Shown here: positions 39,201 through 54,200 of the stretch, piece after piece
Layout: every line of letters starts with the position of its first letter
Position numbering within the stretch: the stretch's first letter is position 1
The notes under the pieces: generated by a model
Seen by the model: the letters and a program-made list of their open reading frames with translations, nothing else
The model's database searches: none
What the model was told of the DNA's origin: nothing
From: Candidatus Omnitrophota bacterium
GTDB lineage: Bacteria; Omnitrophota; Gorgyraeia; Gygaellales; Profunditerraquicolaceae
Length of the DNA: 64,000 nucleotides
Direction: 5' to 3'
NCBI GenBank assembly: GCA_003598025.1
Contig: QZKH01000005.1
Coordinates: 4,682-68,681, forward strand
Translations under genes and position numbers: made by a program

Positions 39201-42200
39201 TGGCATTGCTTCATCTCCGGTAAAAAATGTTTCTGCCATAGATGATAATGCAAGAAAGTATTTTTCATTACATATCGATAACGAAGGCAGGATCACCCGG
39301 GCCTTAAGGATTATAAGCGGGATATTTCTGATTTCTATGTTGGCAACCGGGATGATTGATTTAACCATTCATACCAGCAGAACATTTATTCTGCATTATA
39401 GCCTTGTTTTTGGTTTTGCAATGTCCTTAATAGCATATTTTATAGCCAAAAAATCAGATTCGAAACGCATATCCAGAGAGTTGATTGCTCAGAATACAAT
39501 CAATCTTTCAAGTATTGAGGTAAAGAGACTGATTGGAAGGGCCTTAAGGGATAAATTTGACGGAAGTATGAGTTTTGTGATGAATGCAAGTTATATCCAC
39601 CCGTATCCTGTTGAGAGTATTCAAAGCAAGATAAAAAGCCTGGCTTCTTTTATCAGGTATTTTATAAGTCTTACAGAATTCAGGCTTTTCTGCCAGGAAT
39701 ATGAAGGAGAGAGCGATGACTATGGGATCATCCATCTCCCCGATATAACATTGGGAGCTAATGAATCTCAATTCCTTCCGTCGGGAAGGCTGAAGAAAAT
39801 AGAGATTGCTGATGCAACTTGGCCTGAAGTCAAAAGCGAATGGATTGTATTGTTACGAACTGAAGTTTTACCGCGGCTTAAACAGATATGGCTGAGTTTG
39901 CAAAGAATCCAAGGGCTGCCTGAGAATAGCGAACAGATCTGCCACAATATAAGCCTGATAAACTCGTTAAGCCAGGAAGTCGGCGATGAGATAGGAAGAT
40001 TAGCCAGGAGGTATTCAGAGATAAGAAGGCGCCAAGGAGCGAGTTCTCCGATACCCGGATGGGATAGGGTAATAAGGATAGCCAGGGCAATAGCTCCATC
40101 TTTATCTTCTAAGCCTGCTATTGTTGTCAGCAGGCAGGAAGAAGAACCCATGGAGGAACCAAGTGGAGAAGTGCAGAACCCGGAACCGCCGCCTACCATA
40201 ATAAATAAGGAAGAAGAGAGAAGAAGGATAGCCACGAAAGTAGCCAAAATTGTGTTTGGGCTTATAGATAATTGTTGGTTTGAAATAGCGGTTTTAGACC
40301 AGTCAGGCCCGTGCGCAGCGCTAATGAATTACAACGCAGCCGGTTTTCAGCAGATGGATGTATGGTCTAATGAAAACGACTGGACAATAAAAATTGCAAA
40401 AGAAGTTCAGTTGAGAAACAAAACAAAGTCAACTGAGATCAGGTCTTTTGAGATGGATTGGAATTCGGCTGATAAAACTCTGACAATTACTAATACTTTC
40501 GGAAGGAAACAAAAGAAAACTTTTAAGTTTTCCAAAGACCCTCTTTGCAGGCTGGATTTCTCTGCGCGTAAGAATAAGCTAAGTGTGGTTTTTTCAGCGC
40601 AAGCAGCCAGGGCTATAAATAATTCAGGCTTAAGCCTATCGGCTTTATACAGCGAAAGCGATAATTTCGGTTTAGAAATCAAAACTTCCAATAGCTCTAA
40701 CCATAATACAGCCAGCAGCCCTCTAGATAATAATTCAAATGCGGGCAGCATGCCAAACAGTAGATTTTATTATTATCCAGTTACAATACGTCCGGTGGAT
40801 AAATACAATAAATTTAATCCTGCCAAGGTTAAAGTTACATTTATTTCTGGAGAAGCTTATCTTGAAGTTATAGAAAGGGGCGATTTAAGCATAGAAGGGG
40901 AAGCGATATTAAAGCAAAGATTGCGGGATATGCTTGTGTATAGGCCAAATGCTCCTCCTGCGGAAATATTGATTACCCCGGAGACTTCTATTATTGAGAG
41001 GCGCAGAGTGATTGCAGAGTACGATTCTGAAACAAGGGAAATACTATTACAACCATTATTTGTGGATAAAGATGAAGAAATCATTAGTTTATTTAATATT
41101 ACCCCGCCGTACGCTCCTAAGCTACCCGATATCCTATATTTTACTAGTACAGGTTTTGATAATCTTAGGATGGAGACTATAAATTTGTTCAATGTCAACC
41201 CTTTGCAGGCCAGCCAGTTTCTAATGTCTGTCTTAAGAACCGAGTTTGGTTATCTTATTGGTTTAGATTGGGGAGAGGGTGAAATTGATACTTTGGGGTG
41301 GTTACAATCACCAAATAATTTAGATTACCTGGAAGTTAGCATAACGATACTCAGAACTCGTAGAGAAGTATTGGCTGTTGGGGATTGGTTAAATAAATTA
41401 TTGCTAATGCGTTTATCCCAAGAAGCAATCGGATTATTCCCGGTTTTTCCGATACAAGAACGAGGATCTCATATTGTTAATGGCAGCATATTAATGGGGC
41501 CAGTGGAGGGCGTTGATTATATAGATGATAATTGGACAGGCCTATTATGGGATACAGATAAGCGGATAAAACCCGAAGAATTAGATAGGATGATAACCGA
41601 AGTACTTGGCGTATTTGGTTTTAATATGTTGCAGGAAGATAATAGATTAGTGCAATCTATAACCAGGATAAGGTCGTATTTTACAGAGCGGATTAACTGT
41701 TTAGATAATGCTTTAATGTTGAGCTTATCGGAGATTGCCAATGCTTTACAGGATCCTGAGAGATTCGTAGATGTTCTACTAATAGAATTTGTATTTTTTC
41801 CATTATTTCTTCAGAGGGAGAAAATCGGAGATTGGGAGCATTATTGTCGAGATTTTGGTACTAGGCTAGATTCAGGATCTTGCTATGAGCTTTCTATCCA
41901 GAGAACAGCATTCTCGGTCTATAGCCAATTTTTCCATTCCCGAGAACAATTAGGTGGCTTTGTTACTGATTTTGCTCAAAGCATTAGAAATGATCCTAAT
42001 TTAAGAATGAAGCTGGATAGTATAGATAAATTTACTGATTATGTAGCAGGGTTTGCGGTTTTGCCGAAATGTATCGTGTTGGATTGCGACGGTGTATTAT
42101 GGAGTGGGACGATAGATGAAGACGGTATTTATGGTGTAAAAGTAACCCCAGCCCATCAGGCTTTTCAGAGGAAAATACTTGAATTGAAAGAGAGCGGAAT

Positions 42201-45200
42201 GCTACTCGCCATCAATAGTAAAAACGACGCCAACGACGTAGAGGCCGTTTTAGATAATCATCAGGATATGGTTTTAAGAAGGAAGGATTTTGTAAATATA
42301 AAAGCTAATTGGCAAGATAAGGCTACAAATTTAAGAGCAATAGCCGAGGAATTAGGTATCGGGATTGACAGTTTGGTATTTTTTGACGATAGTCCTCAAG
42401 AACGCGGCTTGGTAAGAAGTCTATGCCCGCAAGTAGTTACTCCTGAGCTTACTGAAGATGTTGCAGAATGGGTGAATATATTAAGGGAATTAAATCTAAC
42501 CCCTACCCAGGCGCTTACTAACGAAGATAGGATAAGGACTGAACTTTATGCTGCGCAAAGACAAAGAGAGGATGCCAGGGTGCAGGCGCGTAATCTGGAA
42601 GAATACTTGATGTCATTAGGTATAAATATAAGGATATATGAAGGATTGGGTAATTTGCCTTATCTTCAGAGGTTATCTCAGCTTACTCATAAAACAAATC
42701 GTTTCAATTTAACTAATAGAAGATATAGCGATAGTCAAATTAGGGTGATGATTACTAATCCCGCGTACCGAGTATTTTCTCTTGAATATTCTGATAGGTA
42801 TTTAGATAAGAAAGGGTTTAAAGACCTGGTAGGTTTAATTATTGTTCATAATGGGTATATTGATACATTCTGTTTGAGCTGTAGATCTCTTGATCTAGGG
42901 GTTGAGAGAGCGTTTTTAAGTAATGTTGTCGGCCGCCTGAAAGAAAGTGGACAGAAAAGCCTAAGAGGTATATATATAAAAACAGAAAGAAACCTTTCTG
43001 TTAGAGACTTGTATCCAAATTTAGGCTTTACTCAGCATGCCTCCGGTGCTTATGGTAATGAAAGCACTCTTGCTGAATTTTGGACAGCAAATCTTCAAGA
43101 GATTGTTTTAGAGAAGCCAGCGCATATTTCAGTTTTGGGAGATAGCCAAGATATAGAGCATCGTGGCGATGAAATGGAATATTGTCAACAGGAAGGGAGA
43201 ACAATCTATAGCTATTTTATCGGAGAAAAATGGGGAATAGAAAGATTGAGGCAACGCGATTACTATTTAGTAGATGTAGAGTTTCTTTATTCAGATACGA
43301 GAATAGGCGGTTATAGTTTTGCCATAGAACCTACCGGTGTGTCTATCCATTACTGTTATTTTAATGGTGCGGGAAATTTGGGAAAGGAATTTATCGCAAG
43401 GGGTTTGTTAAGGGGCATAGCGATCAGTAGGATGCTCGGGTATGATACTAAACATATGGCAAGTTATTACGCTTGGGGTATATCTGAGAGAATGATAAAA
43501 GAAATGAGTGTAGAAATAGGAGGAGATACAGAAGATCCGTGGATGGTAGCCAGAGGCAAATTATTTATCGAATTAGGTTTTGCTGAAGATGGAATAGATG
43601 ACATTGTAGATTTTACCAAAACACACGATTTGATCCTTGGAAAACGTAGGATAGCCGTAGATGTTTTTGAGGCCTCGCTAAGAGACAATTTTTTAAGATG
43701 GTTTTATGAAGATAGAATTAAAAAGGTTGAAGGGGAAAGTGCCTGGGAATCTTTTAATACACCTGAGAACTGGGAAGAAGTAACAAAAATAGTAGCTTTA
43801 CGAGAAAGAGCGATTTGGCAAGCAATTGCTGTTGAATTAGCAAAAACGGGACATGAGGCATTTGCAGATCTTGAGCAAGTCATTGAAAAGGGCCTTCAGG
43901 TAACTCTTCCGATATTGATAGGAGGCATGATTTCCAGCAGTCCGCTTTCTAGCTTTGAACCTAGCAAGGGTGTTAATTATCTGAATAGAGCTACCAGTTC
44001 TCCATTGAGGTACTATCCGGCTGTGATTTCAGTGTGTGAAAAGACTCAAAATATATACGAGGATAACATCGTGAATCTTCAAAGGTACATTGAGCGTGCT
44101 TTTAGTGACTTAGGTTTTTCAAATCAAGATTCAAAAAGCATTGTTTTCTTTGATGCCAATTTGAACTATCTTGCTGAAGAGATTGAAGAGGGCATAGCTA
44201 TAAATTTATCCTTAGCAAGTGTTGCCCCGCCGTTTAATCCGAGCCAGGAGGAATCCTGTGATTTTCAAATCTTGATTAGTGATGTTCTCCGTCGCATGTT
44301 GCATGGCAATAGTCATATTCAGGTATCTTCATCAGATAGAAATAACAGTAAGGAGCCCTACGCTTATTTTATAGACAATTTAGATGAATTTATTCATGTG
44401 TGTAAAGCTGGTAGGAATATCGGGCTGGTTGATTTAGGCTACATACGAGATACTGTCAGAGGAATTTTATCAACGGTATTTCTTGAAGGATCACAAAAGA
44501 GAAATGTCCTGGCCCAAGATATCGGTGATTTAGTTGAATTGATTTACGATAATATAGAATGGATACCTTTTTTAACTGAAGAATTGAGAAATGCTGTTGC
44601 TTTAGATTTGGTTTTACGCCCCGCTATATTGATAATAAAGAATTTAATTTCTCGGGGTACAGCTGAAAATGCAACGCAGTTTAGGCGCGTTTTAAAATCC
44701 GCTTTCACAGTTGCTTTGTTGGGTCGCAATATAAAAAAACGAGGCTATTCTGATGAAGCTTTTATGTCAGGAATGATTTTAATAAGTAATGGTAAGCTAG
44801 CTTCGTGTTTAGATGATTTAGACCAAGTGCTTCAGTTGGAAGGCAGGTTATTATGCCGTATAGTAGAAAATGTTTCAGTAGCCTTAGAAAATATCTATAT
44901 GTATGCAACTTGTTTGGATTTGGTAGAACGTTTAGAAGAAGCCAGGGAATATCGCAGAACGAATACAAATGGTGGATATGAATTCGGAGACGTTCAATAC
45001 TTCCCGATAGGTACAGATTATGGACCGGATGAAACTGTCCAAAATTTCTTGATAACTATTCCAAGGTTTAGGCGCGGAATTATGCCTTTAACAATAAGTC
45101 TAAAATTGCTGGATTTGTTTGATGGAGATGTATCGGATACTATGCGAGAAATCTTAAGGCTGAATGAATTGGAAGATTCTTCTTTAGATATCGAGTTTAA

Positions 45201-48200
45201 TCGTTTAGGCTTGGGAACAACAAAAGATGGGCCGAGAAGAGACCAATTATATAAATGTCTTGTTCTTGATTGCGATGGGTTACTTTGGGCGGGGATTGTT
45301 GGAGAAGACGGCTTAACAGGTATTCAGGTAACTGCATCACATCAGGATTTTCAGAGAAAAGTTATGGAGTTAAAAAATAGAGGAATTTTGTTAGCGATAA
45401 ATAGTAAGAATAATCCCGAAGATATAGGCAGCGTATTAGATAATCACCCAAGCATGATCCTAAGGAGAGAACATTTTGCTGTAGTAAAAGCAAATTGGCA
45501 GGACAAGGCTGAGAATTTGAGAGAGATCGCCCAGGAGTTAAATATAGGCACAGAGAATTTAGTATTTCTGGATGATTCTTTGCGCGAAAGGGTATTAGTA
45601 AGAATGCATTGCCCAGAGGTTTTTACTCCGGACTTGCCCGATAAAGTTAAAGACTGGGGAAATTTTTTGTTAAGTTTAGGATTTTCCGAGCAGGAGCCGT
45701 TAACAGCTGAGGATTCAAGAAGGACTGAGATGTACTCGGAGCATAGATTAAGATTAGCTTCGAGAGTACAAAGTATTTCTTTAGAAGATTATTACCTTTC
45801 GTTGGGGATGAAGATAGTAATCAGGGAAGGCAAAGCGAATTTGAATCATACCTTACGCCTGGCCCAGTTATCACAAAGAACCAATCAATTTAATCTTACT
45901 TTTCGTAGGTATAATGAGTGTGAAATAAGAGATAAGGTGATGCATACTGATGACTATAATGTTTTCAGCTTGGAGTATTCGGATAGATTCGGCTCAGCTG
46001 GAATAGTAGGTTTAATTATTGTTTATGTAGGAAGCGGCAAGCCCGAGATACTCGAATTCTGCTTAAGTTGTAGGGCTATTGGTTTGACATTAGAAGAAGC
46101 ATTTATGGGTTATGTGATTAACAGAATAAAGCAGGCAGGTTCGCAGGAGTTGACCGGAGAATATAGGATTGGGCCTAGAAACAATTTAGTGAGTACTATG
46201 TACCAGAGGCTCGGATTTAGCAAACTTGATAATGGACGTTGGAGTATTAATTTGAATGAGACTGCTATTGTTATTCCAGAGTATATTGCTGTTACCAGTC
46301 TAGAGGAAGAGGCAGTTGATGAACCTTCCGAGGAGTTAATAGAATTCACTATGAATAATCCGCCACGTACTTATATAACAGATTGTTGGAGAAACAATGG
46401 ACCATATCGTTGGGGAGAAATCGGAGGAGTAGTTTTATTTGAGGATAGCTCTACTGATTATCGTCAAGATGATTCAGGGTTTGTTTGTGCATATACTGAA
46501 TATACATTTTATTATTATGATCTCTTGGATTTAGAAAATCTTAGGTGCGAATGGTCGCCTTATTTGTTATGGGAAGCATATAAGGAGGGGATTAAGAGGA
46601 ATAAGAACGGAAGCAAGGAAAATGTAACCAGCAGCCCAATAATTCCCAGGTCCGTTTCTCTTGCCCCTCAGAGACCGTTTCTGCCACTGACCAGAGAAGT
46701 GCCCCCTGGAGATTTTATAGTTCCGTTGAAGCGTTTAATCGTTGAACCATTGATCGGAGACAATAAATCATCTTTAGCAGCTAATGGCCTAGATAATTTC
46801 CTTATTTCGGTTTTGCACCATGGGCCGCCACTTGGACAATTTATACCTGCCGTACAAACAAGCTCTCCGTTAAAATTAGACATTAATTTAATAATCCACT
46901 CTTTAATATTTTCTTCAGGAATATATTTGGCAGTTGGCAATCAAGGTGTTTCTCAAATAATCGGCGTTTTCCTTGCTTTAGTACCAAGTTTTTCTTATTT
47001 CAGCATAAAAGATATTCAGATGAACGACGAAGAGATGCCTGAATCAAAATTCGCGTTCAGGATGATAACACGGGCAATTATTGTGCTGGCCGCATTATAT
47101 CTATGCGTAGCTATCAGCAATAAGATAAACGATTTCAATACAGAAAGAATCAAGGTAGAGCAAAATTCAGGCGTAAATCAAAGCAGAAATTCAAGTTCAC
47201 CCGTTTCCTGGCGCAGTATAATTCTATTGACCGCATTACTTATTACAGTAAATTTCGATTGCGGAAATATTTCTAAAGAAGCTGCTGAGATTTCTTCCTA
47301 TCATGAAAGTTCTGTTCAGGAAACAGAGAAACCTGACCTGATGGATTTAGTCGAACGTTACGGTATCCAGCTGCATGAAAACGAAGATGCATTCGTTAAA
47401 TTTAACGTTTGCATGGATTCTCTATTCAAATACGCCTCGCAGGATATCGTTGATACATTAAACAGGCTTCGCAGAGAAAAAAGAATCGCACTTTTTATAA
47501 GCTCCAATATGAGTGGTTTTTACAATGGCTTGCTTAATCTGGGCAATGCTACAGGAGAAAGGGGAATAAGCAATCAATACGGTATTACCCTAAGGGTTGA
47601 AACAGCGGAAGGGAAAGAAATATATTTAACCATCTTTGATAAAGATATTTTCGCTGAGGCCGAGTTAACTTCAGCGACGGTTTTCCATGAAATGGCCGGG
47701 CATGTCGCCAGAACCGAGCTGGAAGGTGAATTGCCGACGATTGCGCTAAACGAAATCAGGGCCTACCAGACGGAGATGGGGCTTATTAAGGAATTACGGG
47801 ATGATATAAGGCAAACCTATAGCCGAGATGCGGAGTCTAACCCGCGAATAAAAAGTGAATTAGAGGCAGGGATTAAAAGATTCGACTCATTAATTAACGC
47901 TGCTGCGGAAAGAATCCAGGATTATAAGAATAGCGCATCTTCGCCTTTGTCTTGTGAAGAGGAAGAAGAAATAGAATTTCAGTATTATAAAAAACTCGGG
48001 TTAATTGATGAATTAGAGGACGGCAGGATTATTTTAATGTATGATTGGGAGCCAGGTAAACCGATCGATGCAATAAGATTCAGGATAACCCTTGATAGTA
48101 AGCACGATGCAGTAGCGGAAGCCCGTCATCTGGCAGCAGGCGTACTTACATTGGAACAAATGCAGACAATCCCTATGCTATGCGCCTTTCTTATGAATTT

Positions 48201-51200
48201 AAAGACTATTAAAGGAAGCAGGGGGATATATAACTGCCAAGACATAGTTAAAGTGATTCAGACTCTTCATGCATTCGCCAGGAGATTGCAAATTATGCCT
48301 GGGTTGGCATTGACAACTTTAACTAATGCTAAAGATACTCCGGCTGAAGGCCTAAGAAGCAAGGTTAGGGAGTTGTTAGAAAGAGAGATTGACCGAAACA
48401 CAACTTCAGCAGATAGCGCTGCTAAAGATGATAAATCCAGTTCGCCGGTAGGATCTGAGCGATTAGCCAGGCATAGTTATACTGTAAGGAAACTTCACTA
48501 TGGCGAGGGAATACGCTTGGGAAGATATTCTGCTAAGTCGCTGGATAGTGTTTTTCCAAATGCGCGCTGTGAAGTGCAGGTTGATGGCAGTATAGCCGAG
48601 CTCTCGGATTATGCATACGCCCTGGTAACCGGGCAAGAGAAAAGATTTTATTTAGGCACCCATCACCATGGTGCATATCTTTTTACGGTTAAGGCATTTC
48701 AGGATGGGTTTATTACCGGCAAGGAACATTTCCTGCATATTGATTCCTGGGGGCATGACGATAACGGGAATGTAAATACCCGTATGCTCAATAATAATTC
48801 TTCTTACCGAGCACATCTTTCTTTTGCAAACTTAACAAATGTCGGCATGCCAGGGCATTTATCCGTAGGAAATTACGTCCGAGCCTTAAGAAAAATTTTT
48901 CCAGCTATGAAGTTTTCTTATCTATACGACGGTGGTAATGCACTCTTTCCTGAAACCGGTTTTAGATGGCAGGGCAATATTTTTGATTATCGCTGCCGGC
49001 CACAAGAAGCTATTACAAGTGTCGACCTTGATATTTTTGACAGTCCTATTGAAAAATATCGGACATTAATGGATAAGATATTTGAACTGGCTGCAAATAG
49101 CAAATTAGTAATGATTTTTACCAGCCCGGGTTATATAAGACAGGCCAAAGCCGTACGCGCCGCCGAGCAGCTTTGCCGCAGGCTTCTGAATGTTTATGAT
49201 GGGGCAAGAAGATCAGATCAGCTCAGGTACAAAAAAGGCAGCAGTTCTCCGTTATTCCTTCGGCACCTTGCCTTTCGTTCCATGCAGCAGCGACAAAGAG
49301 TAATGCAGGAGCTCGATATATTTGAAAGATTCATCGGCCCGGAATTAGAAGAGATTCTAAAAGAAGACGTAGCGGATGAGCGCATTATCCTAAGCACGGC
49401 AGATAGATTATGGGAAGTGCCGGATACCCTCGAAAGGGAGAAACTTGCCCAGCATATATTAGAAGTAGCAGAAATTTGTTTCCAGTGGCAAACATTCTCT
49501 GAAAATTCCTATAAAATATACCAAGCATTAATCCGCCGGAACATCGACCAACAGCGATTTTATGAGCACCTCGATCGTATTGCGTATGTATTAAGCAGGT
49601 ATCTGAAAAGGATAATGAGGCAACACGGAAACAGAAAAGCATTGTTTTCAGCACTAAATGTTACGACAGTGTTACAGGCAAGAGGATACCATAGATTATT
49701 GAGCACTCGTAAAAACTGGGTTTTTGATTTAGAAATAAGCTTCATGAGCGGCGAGTTCTTTGATCCAGAGATACCTATACTTCCTAATGAATACCTGTAT
49801 TCCCGCGCTCCTCTAGAGATGCCTGTATACTATGCTGAAGTTGATTTTGTAACAGGTGAATTATTCTTGGTTTTTAAGAAAGCCGAAATGCATGGTTTGC
49901 CATGCGTGAAAGAACATGGGATCACCAGAGGAGAATCAAGCTCGCCCCTACAGGATGGTTGGCAAATGCCGGAGGAAGAAAAAGCAATTATAGCGAATTT
50001 GCCTCCGCTTCGCCAAAAAGTATACGAACCTAAAGTATTGTTTCTTGGCCCGGGGACATGCAATTTAAAATGTGAACCTTGTTTGCAGAAAAGGGTGCTT
50101 TGTACGCATCTAATCAATAATCGCGATAGATTTATCCAGACACTTGATAACGCAGACGCAGCAGGGATTGAATCTTACGCATGGTGTATCGGGGAAACCT
50201 TTGTTAATCCCGATTTTCTTTTTGAAATATTAAGGCATATGGTCAGCCTGGATGGTTTTAAGAGGGTATGGTTCTTGACTAATACCTCATTCGCCAGAAA
50301 CTTAGATAGGGCAAGAAGTATATTAAGAGAGGTAAACAATATACTTAGCGCCAAGAAGGATATAGATATACAGATGGACTTTAGTTGGGATAGAGCCCAT
50401 AAAGAAGCCGGTGTGACTACGCAGTATATCGTTAATTTCTTAGATGCCCTGGTTCTTGAATGGGGCCAGGGAAATGTCGGGATGCAGGCAATTGATTTAG
50501 CCTATGACCATACTTTCTCGGAACTGATGAATTTTTTGATTACACAAGGCCTTTTAACTGAAGAAGTTGACACCCATGCAACTAAAATTCAACTTACTAA
50601 CGGTTTGACAATCAGGCCACGGAAGATACCGTTATTTGAATTCCCATCCGAGGCTAATTGCAACGATACTTCTTTATGGAGCGCACAATCTATCGACTAT
50701 AAACTGGTCTATACTGATGAAAGAGATGACCCTTTAGGGTATGTACAGGAACATGTAGATGACGTGCCAATGCGTATTAGCCATGGTATCGTCTTAGGTC
50801 CGGATGGCAGGCTATATCTTGATGACGGGTTTATGAATTATCAGGCTATACCTTTGGCAGAAATGCCTGATGTGCAGGGAGCAATAGATATGGTTAATAG
50901 CCACCCATTATTAAGGTCGTTGGTTTCGGAAGGCAAAGGAGTGGCATATTGTTTCGATGCTTTTGAAACGCTCACTCCGCAGGAAAGGGGAGGAGTGGAG
51001 ATATTCCAGCTGGCAAGTAATTTTGATGACCGGATATCGGCGGTGGTATATTGTTTCGTGAATAACGAAAGAGCAAGATTACAAGCCATAAAAGCGCTTG
51101 TGCGTAACGAATTATTAAAAGGGGAATTAGATGGATTTGATATGCAGGATTTAGAGGCTTTACGTAGCGGGCTTAAGGCTGTGGATTTTGATGCGGAAGG

Positions 51201-54200
51201 CAAGCTCTATTTTAGAGATGTTGCCTTTGGTTCATCAGAGGCGTTTCTTCGTGCTTTGGCCGTAGCGCGCCTGGATTTTACAGAAGCAATGTATTCTGGA
51301 AAGTATCCGTTAATTGAAGCCCAGGATAAATGGGGAAGGTACTTTGGTTTGTTGTCCCAAGAGCGGTACGGAGAACTAGAAAGTGAAGTTGCCAGGAATA
51401 TAGCTGCCATGTGGGCCAGGTATTCTCATTCGCAAATATTAAGGCGCAGGAGAGACGTGCATGAGTTTTTGGGATTTTTAATCTATCAGTTTGAACAAGG
51501 CCAGAAAAGAGGTGTTAGCGTTAGTTCTTCGCCTCTCATTGAGCATGATGAAGCCGCCAGTTTAAATAGCAGGCTTAAGGAATTACATTTATATCTGGAT
51601 AAAGACGGTGTATTACGTTTAAACACCGCCAGTTTGCCGAATATTGATCCTTTGGCCAGATTTTTGTCTGCATCGGCAGGTATTATCTTTGATGGCAAAA
51701 AGTTATTGGATATTATCGGCATAACCGGAGGAGCAGTTATTAGGGCCTTGACAGGTGATTATACTGAAAATGGAGACTTGGATTTCTTTGCGCATGACAT
51801 AATTGTGCCTAACTGTAAGATAGATGTTTTAGTCGAGCAATTAAGGCAATACCAGCTTCATTATCTTGGAGAATACCAAACGTTGATGGAGTTGTTTGAT
51901 AAGACTGTTGATCTTACGATTAAACGTATAATCATACGGCCGGTTGGAATTAACCAGGACCCTGTTATTTCAACTATCGGTATAAGCGGGGTAATTGATC
52001 TGTTAAACCATAGAGGAGAGTTAACGAAACGTTCTGCCGGCGCAACATTACATTTATCCAGGGCAGCAAAAAGCGTAACAGTTATGCGCAGGCTTAACCT
52101 TGTGCCTACAAGAAATGCGCTTTTAATCTTGAATGATTTTTTGAATGAAGCTAAAAAATCTTCACACACCTCAAAAGAAGCTGTTTTGTTAAGGGATATC
52201 AGAGCATTTTACCAGGAGTATATTTTATCGGATTCCGATGAAGGCACATCTTCTTCACCTATTAAGGATAGCAGAGAATACGGAGAATTGAAGGGCAGGA
52301 TAAGCGATATACAGAGGAAAGAGCTGAATGCGTATTCTTCCGAAGATTTCGACGAGCTTAATGATATAGCCTTCAGGTTTATCACTCTATTAGAGAGTCG
52401 CCAGGATATAAGCGCTTTTGTCAGGCGGAACGGTAAAGATTTTATCCTTGAATTGCCCGGACAGGCCCTTATAGAGTTGAGCGAAGCAGTAATGAAATGC
52501 GCAGAAGAGGAGCAGGAAATGTATTTCTCAATACTTTACACTGCTCAAAAGGTATTGGATATCGTAGCTCACAGAAGGGACAGAGCAGAATCGGACTTAA
52601 GAAGAACAGATTACGAACAGGTAGCCGCGCTAATTACCGCTGCTTTAATTGTCAGGCCGCAAAACAGGGCTTTATTATGTGACCATGCAACAGTTCTTTT
52701 CCATGTTGGAGAGTATGATCAGGCTCTGGAGATATTCCGCAGATTAGTTACCGATGATCCTGCTGATAGAAGGACAAACTCCGGTATTGGTTATGTTTTG
52801 CTTGAGAGGGCACGCAGGCAACTTGAGCCTTTTAAAGAGAGGCTGCGGCTAAGGGATTGGGACAGGGCATTAGCTTACCTGGAGGAAGCAAAAAGATTGC
52901 TCAGGGATGCTGCTAATTACTTTGAATTAAACGTAAGGGATTATGAGCGTAATCGGGCGCAGGACCCAGGCCAAATACCCCGCTCTCTTTCAGGGCTATC
53001 GGCAGTTTCAAAATTATTGACGGATTATTATTTCAGGTTGCAGAGAAGTTATCAGCATAACCCGCTTAGGGTCTGGAAAGAGAGCCAGGTTATAACGTTG
53101 AATTATGCGGTCGCAAGCCTAAGTTATGCCGTTAAGGCCCTTAAAGTTGAATCAGAACATCCGGGTATCGCAAGTAATGGCGATAATTCGCATTCCATTT
53201 CTTTCTATGATTCTGCTTTTGACGTAGTAAGCAGGGCGATAGTTGCATTAGACAGAATGACACTTGAAGAAAGAAATATAGCGCAACTCGAATCCAATAT
53301 TAATGTTTTGAGCCAGGTGCATGCTCAAAGTAAGCAATTACCCCAATTAAATTCCGCAGATACCCAGGACGCAGAAAGGCGGAGGTGGCAAGGCTTAAAC
53401 GATTCAATAGAAAGGTTAAAGCAGAGAATATCTTTTTATCGTAAGGTCGAGAAAGATTTTAAAGAGGGGGCTTTAAGTTTAGCCTTAAGGCCATATGCCG
53501 ATATAGAGGCTTATGCAGAAGACTTAAGAGGGTATGTTGTCTCTAGGTCCGATGCATATATGTCGAATCAGGCTGAAAGAATATTTTCTCAGCTTTGGGC
53601 TGGCATCAATCCGGATTTAGCGGATGTTCTCATAATCAGGGCGTTTGTTACTGCAGATGATAAAAATATCGGAGAGATAGCTTTGTATCTGGATTTGGCT
53701 TTAGATGAAATTAAAACCCAGGTTAATACCGTAGCCTTGAAAGATGGATTGTCTTGCGAAAGATTAGCTGCCAGGATTAATACGCCTAAGATGGCTTGGT
53801 TGGGAGTAGCTATCAAAAGTATAGAAGATAATGCGGTTATTGCAGAAATTGAAGCGGTGCAGGACAGAGAAACAGCAAAAGAGCCGGATAAATACAGCGT
53901 CGCTGATGCAAAATATTTCCTATCTTCGGATGCTGAAAGGATTGCCGCGCTAAAGGATAATTTAGAGAGGTTGTCCGGTTGGTTTGAGAATATGTTCCCG
54001 GGTAAGCTTGTCCCCCTTAGAGAAGCATTTGCCTCTATTGAGGATAGTTACTCTAGGTTTCATCGGGAAGCGGCGCCGTTAATTGCAGGCAGCCCGTCGG
54101 TAAATAAATCATCGGTATTAAGTTCGCTGACAATGAACCGACTGGGCAGAGACGGCAGAAGCGGTTATGCATCCAGGATGCGCGTATTAAGAGGAAAGCT

